A stretch of DNA of 62,209 nt, filler included, from Kipferlia bialata (taxonomy: Eukaryota), in the NCBI GenBank assembly GCA_003568945.1. It is 4 parts of 4 records of this genome, joined end to end, with 100 filler letters (N's around TTAATTAATTAA, not from the genome) between each part and the next. Parts side by side here need not be neighbours in the genome. Positions count along the whole stretch, not along the records: positions 35,795 to 48,626 come from BDIP01000508.1; positions 48,727 to 62,209 come from BDIP01000516.1; 2 more parts are not named here. One strand, written 5' to 3'. Below, one piece after another: positions 38,023-50,964 of this stretch. The number at the start of each line of letters is the position of its first letter. Position 1 is the first letter of the stretch. The position numbers and the translations under genes were made by a program. The notes under the pieces were generated by a model. The model did no database searches. It was not told where the DNA came from and saw nothing but the letters and a program-made list of their open reading frames with translations.

Positions 38023-41000
38023 GGAGACCCTCATGGCCCAGTGGCGCCAGGTGGACACGGCCTCTCTCTCTCTCTCTGCCGATGCCCCTGCCTTGTTCGG
38101 CACCTCCCTCGGTCTCACCAAGACTGGCACTGGTGTCGCCCTGGCAGTCACTGCCCCTGGTGTGTTGGAGGCAGACGGAGGGGCAGAGGCAGGGGGTGCC
38201 GTGTATGTCTATGACGTCCAGGACACAGACTCCGCCGCACTCCCCTCTCTCTCCCTCGCAGCCACCATCCCCTGCCCCCTCACACCCCCTGTCAGGATGA
38301 ACGAGTCAGACAGAGAGACAGGCCGCTCCTACACGAAGCCCCTGCCCCTGGTATGTGTCGTCTCTCTCTCTCTCTCTACATATTCAGGGAATATAGTATA
38401 TCCTGGCTCCCTCTTACCTCTCCCATATACTCTGCTGCTGGTGCCACCGCACCTCTCGTTATCTCTCTCTCTCCCCCCCCCTCTCTCCTTGCCTCTCCCG
38501 TCTCCTGTGACCCCTAGGCTGTCCGTCCCTCCCTCATTGCCATTGCCGACCACCAGTGCCAGACCACTAGAGGACTAGGTACAAAGAGTACCCATCTATA
38601 TCGATGACATTTGTAGATGAATCTATATATGTATATATATATGTATATATATATAGACACCGCTGACCCCCAGGTATTCAAACGAAAGATCTATATATCA
38701 ATCTATGTGTATGCACTGAGGATACTGACCCCCAGGTATATATATATATATATGTATGTATGTATTATTTATATACGCATATATACACATAGAACCCGCT
38801 GACCCCCAGGTGCCGTGCAGGTGATGCACCTGTCCGAGGGCGTCTGGGCCCACAATGCCACCCTCTTCCCCAGGAAGCAGAGCCAGGACCTGGTCTTTGC
38901 CACTGATGTGGCCATCGACTACTCCTCCACCCACATCGCTGCCAGCACCCGCCTCATCAACTCCAACCTCTACAGGGACCCCACCGTGGTCCAGGCCGCC
39001 TATGTGTACACCGTATCTACCGATGGAGTGTGCGTGGAGGAGAGCTCCCACCGCTTCCCCGAGCAGGACGAGTACCCACTCGACTCATTCACATCGTGTA
39101 GGTACTCGGTGGCCCTGTCCGACACCTTACTCATCATTGGCAGCCCTGACATGATGAAATGGGATTCCAACTACGGCAAGGTGGCAGTGTATGGGAGGCA
39201 GAGCCCCTCTGACGAGTGGGTCCTCCTAGGGATGCCCGGCGTGGAGTCGAAGAGCCCCGACGGTGCGTTTGACGTTGCCATCACCCGTGTAGACAACGCC
39301 CTGTCCCAGTGGGATGGGTTGGATATTGTCGTGGCAAGCAGCCCCCATGCTGCCAATGAGGACAATGCACCAAACATCTGTGTCTGGTCGGAAGTGGCGA
39401 CATGGTGAGTGTATTAATTGACTATCTTACCCACATACCCGCCCTCACTTCCAGGTTTGGTGATGCATACTTTGATGCTGACCAGTGGTTCAAGGCGGAC
39501 GGGCCCAGTGTGGCCTTTGACGGAGTGACTATTGTGACGGGTGGATATGAGGCCTCAGGGTCTATCACCTCCATTGAGTCAGGTAGCCTCTATCTCTTTC
39601 TGTCCTCGCTCTCCCTCAGTCCATATATATCTCTAAAGAGACCCTCTCCCCCCAGGCCCCAGCTACCTCCGGGTGTCGAGTGCCACCGTGACCGTCACCA
39701 ACGATGTCTCCAACACCCTGTCCTGCACCATCGAGATGGACCCCGCCCTGGGCTCAGCGACATACGTAGAGAACACTATACAGGCTATATGGTCTGTGTC
39801 CACAGGCGAGGTCTCTGCTGTGTCCTCCCTGTACGGCTCCATATACTTTGACGACTCCCGTGACTACGGCCTCTACAGTCTCAGTATCTCTGGCGAGGCA
39901 GACGTCAGGCTGCAGCCTGGCGAGTCCTTTGGGATGGTTGTGAAGGTGAGTGTCTCTCTCTCTCTCTCTCTCTATATATATGTATATATATGTATATATA
40001 CATGTATGTATATATGTATGTATATATATCAATATGGGTAGTCAGTGAGGGTATGCAGCTGACATGCAGGTCTTCCAGGAGACACTGTACCAGGACTGGG
40101 GCCACAGGGATGGCACAGGGTGGTACCCGGACTCTACTCACCTTAAGTACTATGGGGGCGATGCATATGATAGGGTAGTTGTTCCCATCACAGTTGTGGC
40201 TCCTAGCAAGGTATTCTTGCATTCCTTGCTCCTTGCAGTTGTCCTCGTGTTTCGATACTTGCAAACGCCTCTCCTTTTCTATACTGACCCTCAGGCTCCC
40301 ACCACCGCCTCTGTCTCCCCCTACCTGCTCAGCCCCACCACTGACACTGTATACGTTGCCGTCATGAATGGCTCCAACATCGGCATCATCCCCACCTCTG
40401 AGGCTCCTCTCTCCGTCACGGTCACAGGGGTCGACGGCGAGGCAGTCTCTCTGCCCTGCACCTGGGACGCCTCCACTGTCACATCCACCTTCGCCGCATC
40501 CTCCCTTCCGGCCTCTGCCCTCACCGTCGGTGACCACTCCCTCTCCGTGACAGCTACATACGACGAGACGGACACCGACTTCGACCTGACCCTCACTGTC
40601 TTCACGGATGCCACCCCTACCGGCCTCATCGTCAGCCAAATGGTGGCAGAGACTTGGACCGACATCGCCCTGACTGTGTCCACCTCGGGCAACTGGGCCG
40701 CCGCTCTGGTGTCCGACATGCTCCGCTACAACAGCGCGCTCCACATGTACTACAGGAGGTCGCAGTACGAGCCATTCGAGTACCAGTACATGCTTATCGA
40801 CGACGACTCTGACATCTTCGAGGACCCCTTCATGCCCCCTACAGTCGAGATGGACGGGGAGTGGATGGTGCGCTCCTCCTTCAACGACATCGTGGAGACC
40901 GACGCCGGACACACCTTCACCGCGTCCATGGTCTTCTACCACCTCGATGTATCCACACAGATGTGGTCGGAGACCCAGAGTATACCGGTCACTGCGGCTG

Positions 41001-44000
41001 GCACCCTGGCCTTCGATTGGGAGACCTGGGATGCTGCTGGGGTGAGTCCTATTGCATATTATTCTCTCTCTCTCTCTCTATTCCTCTAACCCCAGGTCCA
41101 GTTCTATTACGGCAAGCCTGGCTTCCTGCCGGTCAGGTTGATGGGGGGAACCGCTGTCGTCACCACCTTCGCTACCGCTGACGGCAAGGGCTCTGCCCAT
41201 GTCTTCACCCTCGACAGAGAGACAGACACATGGGCATACACACAGACACTCGTGCCGGACGTACTGGTCGAGGGCGAGGTCTTTGGGATTGTGCCCAGCA
41301 TAGACGTGTCGGAGGACAGGATCGCTGTCTCCACCTTCACTGCGAACACTGGGGTGCAGCCCGACACCGTCAATGCCGCATATGAGTTCGAGAGAGACCC
41401 TGACACTGGAGAGTGGCTGCAGGAGAGTATAGTGCCTGGGGTGACTAGTGGGTGGACTGACGACCACGGATATCTCTTCTTTGTGGCCATTGGCGGAGAC
41501 ACTGTTGTCATATCCTCTCAGAACGAGTATGTGAGGACTATCAGCGGAGTAGAGGAGCCCGAGTGTGACGGTTGTTGGGCGGAGCCCTTCGATGATGAGA
41601 TTTACGGTAGGACCCGCATCTACAGCCGTGTCCCTGGCACTGGATCCTCTAAGTACTCCTACAGCCTGGAGGTGGTCATTGAAGGTGAGGTTCCCAATCA
41701 TGTTTGTATCCCTATATACCTGGTTAGTACGCATCTTCACTCTATATCGTTGAGTTGTTCATCTCTTGACAAGTCTGTTGTGTAATTCTCACGTCCAGGA
41801 CATAACAATGGGGGAGACTCGTCTGGGCAGCAGAACATTGTGACTCAGGACTACGTTGCCGTCATGGACTCCGGCTACACCCGCGACCCCAAGTGGGGCG
41901 AGGACTCTGTTGAGAACAGTGGCCAGATTGAGGTGTATCGCCATGACTCTTCTGGGTCTGGGTGGACGCTAGATGCGACACTAGTACCAACTGCCGACGC
42001 AGACTTGTTGGGGTGGGGGCAGAGCTTTGCTGTCAATGGTGTGACAGGAGACTACGAGCTCACCACACTAGACTTCTACTTTGGAGAAGAAGGCTACCCG
42101 ATGATAAGCATGATCACCATCCTGCCGGTCCCTGCCCCTCTCCAGATGGTGTCCTGCCCCACGTCCATCGCAGAGGGCTCCAATGACATCACCGTGTCTG
42201 TCGTGGATGCCGATGGGTCCCCCCTCTCTGACCTGGCCGTCACTCTACTTGTCACAGAGACAGAGGCAGGCGTCGAGACCGCCACGACCCACACCCTCAC
42301 TGCCACCGAGACTGCCGGTACCTACTCCGTGCAGGGCGTCACGGTCAGAGACGTGGACACGTCAGCCTCTATCACTGCGTCTCTGGGTGGCACTGTCGCG
42401 GCCACTGTGTCACACTTCACAGTGAGCAGCGACGACCCTGTAACCGCCACTAGGATACTCGGTGTCACCTTTGCCTCTACCACCATCACCAGTGCTACCA
42501 TTGACCCCATCCTCCTTGCTGCAGGCACCGTCCACTTCGACGTCCTTAATGGTAGAGACGCCAGCATGCCCGGCCTTACGGGTGTCTCCATTACTCTCCC
42601 TGGGGGCACTGCTGCCGATGCTGTATGGGACGAGGATGCAGAATACTACACAGCCACTCTCGTGGGGAGCATTGCCCTTGGGGATCACACGGCCTCCATC
42701 ACCGTGGCCGACCCTGACTTTGCCTCTGCCTCCTTCACTGCCCCCTGCCACGTGTATGGCACTCTCGCATCTGTTGCCGTGTCTCCCACAACCGGAGGCA
42801 CTCTGGCCGCCGGAGCAGGTATCGATATCTCGATCTCTCTCCTCGATCCCAGTGGAGCCACTCTCCCTTCGATGGAAGACTACACCTGTTACGTCTCAGC
42901 CATAGCCGATGCTGGCGTTGACCACATCAACAGTGGGTACGGCACCCCGGTGTTTGCAGAGTGGGACGTGACTGACAGCGTGTACACTGTGACCTCCACG
43001 CCTGTCTCTATCGATGGTGAAGCTGTGGATGTTCTGGCCCAGTGTCTTGTCGTAGGCAGTGAGACCCTCGACTCTGCCTCTGCCTCTATCCCTGTTACTG
43101 TGACTCCCGAGGTCATCAGTGCACAGGACTGTGTTGTGTCCCTTACCACCAATGACTCGGCTGTTGAATGGTCAGAGGAGTCTGTGGCTGCCGGCGATGG
43201 CTTTGTCGTGAGTGTGGCCCTACACGATACCTACATGAACGACCTTTCCTCTGGAGAGGTCTCGGTTAGTATCACTCTCGGGGATACCACGGTGCTTCCT
43301 CTGCCGGTCACCTTCAACAGTGACCTTACGGTCTTTGAGGCTTCCTCTCTGTCTTCCTTTGACACACTGGCCCAGGCAGTCTCTGTGTCAGTGACCGCAG
43401 ATACACTCGACCTTGGCACCTACTCGTTCGGCATCACTGCGAACCCTACCCCTGACGCCTCACAGTCCATCCAGACAATACCTACCGAGGCAGCCGCAGG
43501 GGCCGACATCAGTGTGAGCTGGGTGCCCAAGGACCAGTTCGGTAACCTCATTACCCAGTACGAGTCTGTGACCTGTGCCTTTGTGAGAGAGTCGGCCACC
43601 CGTGGCACTCTCGATCTCTCCACCAGCTCTGACCCTGACGAGTACATCGGCAGTGCCATCCCTGCCACCACTGTTGCTGGGGCATCAATCCCAGTGTTCT
43701 TGGTGGGTCGCATTGGCACCTCCCTGTACTCAGAGGAGCACTCAATCACAATCACAGCTGGTGCCGCCGACACGTGGTCTGTGGGCGAGTCCGCAGTGCT
43801 CAAGGTCGGTGTCGAGGCAGCAGTCACTGCCTCTGTCACCGACCAGTACGGCAATCTGCTGACAGATACCTCCAACCCGCTCAAGGTCAACCTAAGCGAC
43901 AGTGAGGGGTCGGCCACCACATGCACATACCCAGTCGACCACTGGGTGTGTGCCGTTACGTACAGTGAGAGCGACCCTCAGGCTGTGGCCACCCTCTACG

Positions 44001-47000
44001 GCTGGCAGAACTCCCAAGCTATCGGCAGCTACACGGTGCGTGTGGTTGGGGACGCCCCCGACGCGTCAGCTTCCACTGTAACCCCCGACTCCGCAGTTAT
44101 GGGTGCCACAGTATTGGCCTCTGTGCAGCTTGAGGCGGCGAGTGGCATGCTGGTTGTGTACGAGCCAGACCACCCGACGGTAACCCTAGCCTGGGAGGGC
44201 GACACTGCGTCTGTGGAGGGTGTTTACTCTTCCACCTCCAAGATGTGGCTAGCCAGCCTCACCGCCCCTACTGACGCCGCATCGTCACAGAACCTTGAGG
44301 TCAGCGTCAACGGCGCTCTCTTCAAGAGCCACCCAGTCACTATGGAGGATCGTACTCCATCTGCTGCAGAGTCGGTGGTCTCTCCTGCACTCTGTGTTGT
44401 GTCAGAGAGCCAGGGCTTCAGCATCAACCTCTCCAACGCAGGTGGCGTCACAATCATTGATACTGCCCTCACAGTCACTCTCAAGTGGAGTGACAGTGAC
44501 GCTGTGTACACTGCCGGTCTCAGCACTGACTCCGGCGCCTATTCGTCTATCATACTGGCGTCAGACGTCGAGGGCGCACGTGAGCTAGAGGTGTACGTCG
44601 ACGGCACCCTCTTCCTCACTCACACTGTGACCCAGTACCAACCCCCTGAGGCTGCCGTAGGAGAGGCCGTAGAGGTGTCTGGGAAGGACGCCGACAGTGG
44701 GTATGGAGACGTGGTGGTCATGGGGGACGGATGGACAATCATCTCTGCCCCACTCAATGGGGAAGACGACACTGGTACTGTCTACATCATGAAGAAGGCC
44801 GGTGGCTCCTGGAGTGAGTTTGCGGCGCTTGAGCCCCAGACCACTGCCACTGACGGCCACTACGGCCATGCCATGTGCCTATCCTCTGAGGATGGTGGCG
44901 ACACCATTCTCTATGTCGGGCAGCCTGGCCGAGAAGCTGTGGATGTGTGGCAGTTCAACCCATCTGTGTACCAGTGGGAGGCTAAGGGTAGCCTGCAGGC
45001 GACTAACGGCTACTTCGGTGACGGCTTTGGGTCCATCCTGGCCTGTAACTCAGACAGAGTGCTTGTGGGTGCTCCATACTCGTACAATCTCCTTGTGCCC
45101 AACACCGGCAGTGCCTACGTGTTTGCCAAGGACAGCGGTACCGGCGCATACACCCAGGAGGCTAGGTTTGAGTCTGCCACGCCCGAGGAGAACGCCATGT
45201 TCGGGTCTGGACTTGGCTTGGCCGGAGACATGGCCGCAGCCACCACCGGTGGAGACGCCACTGTCGCTGGAGTGACTGTCGTGCTACAGTACGACGCCGG
45301 CCTCGCCAGGTGGGAGACTGCCTCCGAGATCCCCTACGGTGGGGGGGACATTGTGCTCGACACTGAGCTCCTCGGTGTCGCTGACCCAGACCTGGACGGA
45401 GGGTTTGGCATCTATACCGCCGCTACAGGCTGGGGCGCCCTCTCTTCCCCTCCCGCCACGTCCTCCGGGAAGATGATGGGGGTCAAGGAGTCTGAGACTG
45501 ACGCAGTGTCTCTAGCTCTGGGTGGTGGTACCCTAGTAGTGGCCAAGACCAACAACAGCGAGGGAACCGGTACCCTCACAGTCTTCACAAAGAACGCGGA
45601 CACTGGCGGCTTCGTTGAGGGTGCTCCCATTGAGGTGGCTGGCACCCCCGAGACGGTGGCTGTCGACGAGAGCGGCAACCTGCTGGTGGGCAAGAGTGGC
45701 AGCGATAGCGCTGGCACCGAGGTCACAGCCTTCAACCTCGCCTCCCCCACTGCCCTTGTGCTCGTGGACTCCCCAGACACCTATGAGCAGGGTACCGCAG
45801 GTGTAGCTGTGAAGTACTACTTCCTCGACGCCCAGTCTGCCTCCATCGCCATCAGTGAGGGAGACTGGGTGACAATGTCTGTGGCAGACGGCGCTGCGGT
45901 GACAGGTGCAGTCAGTGCCGCAAAGGAGTACTACACGTCCCTCATCGACATCCCGGAGAGCGTAGGCCGTACTGCTCTGGAGGTAGACACTGGTAACGGT
46001 GTCCTGCCTGGTGCCATCTTGGTCGCCGCTGGGCCTCCAGATGCCACAGAGTCGACTCTCACAGCTGGGTCCGCAGTTGCTGGTGTGTCTGCGGACTTCT
46101 CCGTCACACTTAAGTCCTCGTATGGCGATGTTGTGTATGCTGCACATGACGTCACTGTGACCTGGACCTATGACACCCCTGCTGGTACCCGTACATCTGT
46201 GTCGGGTACTGGCACTATCAACGACACCACAGGGGTATATACAGTCAGCCTCACAGCTGGTCCGGTTGCCAAGGCCACTAGTGTAGAGGTCTTTGTGGAC
46301 ACTGTGTCTCTCTTTACAGACACAACTGTTTCCATTGTACACGCCGCCCCAGACGCTAGTGAGTCCTCTATCAGTGTCGCTGACTCTGCCACCCTAAAGG
46401 TCGGTGACACTGCAGCTGTCACGGCGTCACTCCTCGATGAGTTCACCAACGTGTGCGACACGGCGGACACCGTCACCATCAAGTTCGACGGCATCGACTA
46501 CCCCGCTGTATGGCAGCCCTCCTCCCAGACATACACAGCCTCCTGCCTAGTACTGCGTGCTGGATCCCAGACTGTGTCTGTGTACACTGGCACTACCTTG
46601 GTCAAGTCTACCTCTGTGACACCTGCTGCTGTTATGGTGCCTGACGCCTCGACATCTGAGATCACCGTTGCTGGAACTGTGGTTGCTGACAACACGGCTT
46701 CTTTCTCCGTGGTTCTCAAGGAGTCCGGGGGCACTACCATCCTTGATGAGCACACTGTGACACTCAAGTGGACGTACGCACTCAACCATGGGGATCCGGC
46801 TACAACTATAGTCACTAGTCCCACTATCTTTAACAGCTCTACCGGTGTGTACACTTGCTCTCTGCAGGCCGGTTTTGTCGCAGGGTCTTACACTCTTGAG
46901 GCCGTTGTGGACTCTGTTTCTCTGGTCTCTAGGTCTGTGACCATCGTGGCCGACTCCCCTATGCCCGATATGTGCACACTTGCTGTGGCGGGCAGTGACT

Positions 47001-47749
47001 CCCTGATGGTGGGTGACACTGCTGTCGTCTCTGCCTCCCTGCAGGATATCTACGGCAACACATGTGATAACGCAAACGCGGTATCTGTCACCTTCGATGG
47101 AACAGTCTACCCAGCAGAGTGGGAGAGTGCCTCACAGACCTACACTGCATCCTGCACTCTAGTGTCTGAGGGTACCAAGACTGTCTCTGTGTCTTCTGGT
47201 GGCTCTGAGATCAAGTCAATCTCTGTTAGGGTGGCTGTCGCACCTACGGTTCCCGTGGACCCCGAGGCTCCCAACGACTTCCCCTGGCCCCTTGTGATAG
47301 GTGTGACCTGTCTGGCTGTGGTGGGTGTGGTTGGCATCTGCTGGTGTGTGAGAGGCAAGGCTGAGACTGTGTCGGAGACTCAGGCTGTGAGTCTGAAGGA
47401 GAAGGACTTCCCGCCTCTATTCTTCCCAACTGAGACTGAGGGGGCAGCACCTACGCCCTCAAATGCCGACGATGGCTTGCCTGAGTACTCGAGTCAGTGT
47501 GACGATGGTGAGGATAAGCCCCTGGCCGTGAGGGTGCAGGAGGACTGGCATGTAGTGGTTCCGGTGCCGGTGATTGTGATGCCAGTTGCAGATGCAGAGC
47601 TGCAGCCAGAGCCAACAGAGGGTGGAAACGGGGAGGGTGAGCAGGAGGGTGGCGATGCTTGTGGTGAGGGTGTTGGTGAGGAGCCTGCCCCCTGTACCCT
47701 TCTCAGTGCTAACCACCCCGTGTCTGTGGCTGTGCCTGATCTCTCTTAG
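38023..47749 (+). CDS. Giant type-I membrane adhesin-like protein: FG-GAP/integrin-alpha-like propeller repeats, many Ig-like (filamin/invasin-type) repeats, C-terminal TM and acidic tail
   Basis: FG-GAP-type motifs (FGTSLGL..TAPG..GAVYVY; FGSILAC..VLVGAPY..GSAYVF), repeated PDAS.S starts and D.YGN motifs, and TM WPLVIGVTCLAVVGVVGICWCV. About eight short exons are followed by a single exon at 41799-47749. The N-terminus is missing. Confidence 0.9.
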
Positions 47750-47757
47750 ATGGACAT

Positions 47758-47801
<44 letters not shown>

Positions 47802-48115
47802 GAGAGAGAGAGAGAGAGGGGCCTTCGCTTGGCTTCCAAGACCCAATCCCACAATGTCGCTCTCAGGCATTCTGTAGCAAGGTGTGGGATTGCATTGTGT
47901 GTTGTGTTTGGTAGATGGCGCATACTAGTACCCCAGACAGGTATATAGTTACATATATGTGTGACCTGGGAGGTAGAGTGTGGAAATATATTGTGTCAGT
48001 GAGAATTCATGATCTGGTCTAATGCGGTACTATATAGTTGATAGATATATTCAGAGTATTTGATTCTTATAGACTTCATTCCATAAAGAGGTTGGGGTTG
48101 CACGACAAGGACAAC

Positions 48116-48165
<50 letters not shown>

Positions 48166-48435
48166 TGTGATACACAGTGTCGACCCGCAATCTTTCCAAA
48201 ACGACTGCCATAAACCGTATGGTATTACCACACCGATATTGCAAGTGAACCGTTCGGTTGACATATGGTGACTTCTCCACCGACGGTATGCGAGGTATAT
48301 CTTCATATCGGCTCTAGTTGGGTGTAAGCCTAGTCTCCACGATATGGGTGTAAGTAATAGTAATTTCTGCTTGTGAGTGGCGTAACACATAATCCTATAC
48401 TCAGATACAGAAGTAATCACTCTCACTCTCCAGGA

Positions 48436-48514
48436 ATGACCCTCTCCCTCCTCCCCCTCCTGGCATGCATAGTGTGTACATCATGCTACACAGTCATGCA
48501 CGCAGACCCCAGTG
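48436..48514 (+). CDS. Probable first coding exon (signal peptide) of a secreted protein cut by the scaffold end
   Basis: MTLSLLPLLACIVCTSCYTVMHADPS followed by a GTGAGT donor. Confidence 0.4.
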
Positions 48515-48578
48515 GTGAGTGGCAATATCAGGGTCGCCAGGCTCCTCCGGCATAGAGTCAATTATCTCTCTCATTCTC

Positions 48579-48620
<42 letters not shown>

Positions 48621-48626
48621 TCCCCC

Positions 48627-48726
48627 NNNNNNNNNNNNNNNNNNNNNNNNNNNNNNNNNNNNNNNNNNNNTTAATTAATTAANNNNNNNNNNNNNNNNNN
48701 NNNNNNNNNNNNNNNNNNNNNNNNNN
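48627..48726. other. Artificial scaffold linker
   Basis: N44-TTAATTAATTAA-N44. Confidence 0.97.
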
Positions 48727-48779
<53 letters not shown>

Positions 48780-48790
48780 ACCCCCCCTAC

Positions 48791-50638
48791 CTCCTCCTGA
48801 TCCAGGACTGCACGTATGCACTCCAGCCGACATCAGTCTGGTTGATGAACAGAATACCTGGGTGAGATCAAACACACTGGAAAGACAGTTAGATATTGTG
48901 CAGCACATTAATTACCCATATATTCCGACATGTACTTCTATTATTACTATATATAACACTATATATATGTATGCATACCTGCTCTGGACACTGTGGCTGG
49001 GGAGGCATGGGTCAGCTGGCCAACCTCAAACAGAAGCCTGGGGTAAGACACACATATGTATATGAGGACATATCTAGATAGACATCAGGTAGAGAGACAG
49101 ATTGAAGTATTCGAAGAGTTAGATAGAGAGAGAGAGAGAGAGAGAGACTACCTCATGTGGGGGTGCAGAGGCACACGCTCGTTAGAGGCCAGGGTGAGCA
49201 TCTTGTTATCGTCCATAACAGTGTTGAGGGACTCAATCCAGATGGTGTCGACATCTCCGTCAAGCACAATCCACCTGGGGTGAGACAAAGTGGGACAATG
49301 AAGATAAGCACACATATATATCATATTTAGGCATCTCGTCCCACCCACACATATGAATATATGTCCACATATATGTCCATATATATATATAAATATATAT
49401 ACACATAAAAATACTCACTTTGGCTCCGTGTTGGCTATGTTGGACAGGGTACGCATGGTGTTGGAGAAGAGACCATCCTTCCACTCACCTAGAGGTGAGA
49501 GGAGAGAGAGAGATAGAGAGAGAGTATGAATGCGAGTGGTGATGAACGTGTTTCAAACACCAGATCAGGCAACGATGCGAGACCAGAAAGTATGATAAGA
49601 CAGTACTGGGTGGCAGATTGACGTACGTGTGGCGGGCATGATGTATCCATAGAGCTCCTTGGTAGTCACAGCCTGGGGTAAGGAGGGTACACCGGGTGAC
49701 TGCTATACATAGAGAGGAGTATGCGTAAGTGCACCGGAATAAATGTGAGAATACTAATAGTGTCATACCACAGCGATGACGACTGGAGGTGCATACATAT
49801 TTGACTACATATTGATACATAAATATACATACATACCTTGGGGTTGATGACTGGGTGCAGGATCTTCCTGCCCATGTCCTGGTAGGTCTTGGCAAGCATC
49901 TTCCAGCACTGATGTTAGACACATAGACATAAGAGAAAGAGAGAGAGTGACTACGCCACTCACTATAAATGCACACACCTGTGTCTTTCCGACTCCTGCG
50001 TCTCCGAGGATGAACACAGAGTGCCTGACCTCCAGCAGCTCCTCCAGCTGCACAACCTTCAGGATGAAGGAGTCCTCAGCCTGATAGTCAGAGGAATGTA
50101 CATTTATATCTACAGAGACTACAACCTTCAGGATGAACGAGTCCTCGGCCTGGGTGAGATAGAGATACAGAGAGAGAGAGAGAGAATAGAGGATGAGGGA
50201 TGAACGAGNNNNNNNNNNNATACAGAGAGAGAGAGAGAGAATAGAGGATGAGGGATGAACGAGTCCTCGGCCTGGGTGAGATAGAGATACAGAGAGAGAG
50301 AGTGTGTGTGTGTGTGAGAGAGTACCCACCTGCAGCCCCGACTCCACGGTCACCCTCTTGATCGTGGCCTCCAGGTCCTCGTTGACCAGACGTGGCACAT
50401 CCACACCTGGGAACAGATCACCAATCAGACCGAGGAAAATCTCCAAATCATCGAGCACAATCTGAGGGGTTAGAAGGGTATCCCAGACGGCAATTGAGTG
50501 CATGAACAGAACAGAATGACTGTCGGGACTGTGGGTTGCTGGGGTTACCTTGGGGATGTTGAAATCTCGGAGGGCGCGACACAGCACCTCCTCCTCCTTC
50601 TTCTTGATATCCTCAAGCTCGGCGGCGGTAAACGACAT
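48791..50638 (-). CDS. Axonemal outer-arm (beta-type, DNAH9/11/17-like) dynein heavy chain piece starting just before AAA2; 3'-truncated by the scaffold end
   Basis: [110 protein letters not shown] and [20 protein letters not shown]. Confidence 0.95.
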
Positions 50639-50964
50639 ACTGGGTGTAAGGAGGGGATTAGAGTAACATACAAGCCTAACAATGCCTGATAATGACCACA
50701 CGAGCCTAAAAACACTGCTATACAGATAGAAACACTAATACGAAAAGGTATACTCGTATTTCAACAAAACTACCCCAAAGAAGCCATAATACGATCTTCC
50801 AAACTCAACTACACCAAATACCACGCACTTTGTCGCCTATTCCGCAGACTTTGGCTGAATAGTTGGCAGGTTGGTTGTGGTCGATTTTTGAGTCTGCTAA
50901 ACCCTTTCATATTGCAACAACACCCTTTTTCGCAAAAAGAGAGAGTGCCGAGTTGTCTGTCAAC

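Noticed and set aside
39905..40942. 345-aa minus-strand ORF and other antisense ORFs over the adhesin gene
   Set aside because: Shadow ORFs of a GC-rich coding strand, with no independent motifs.
50150..50300. Second copy of the dynein acceptor echo around an 11-N gap
   Set aside because: Near-identical duplication across Ns, probably an assembly artefact.
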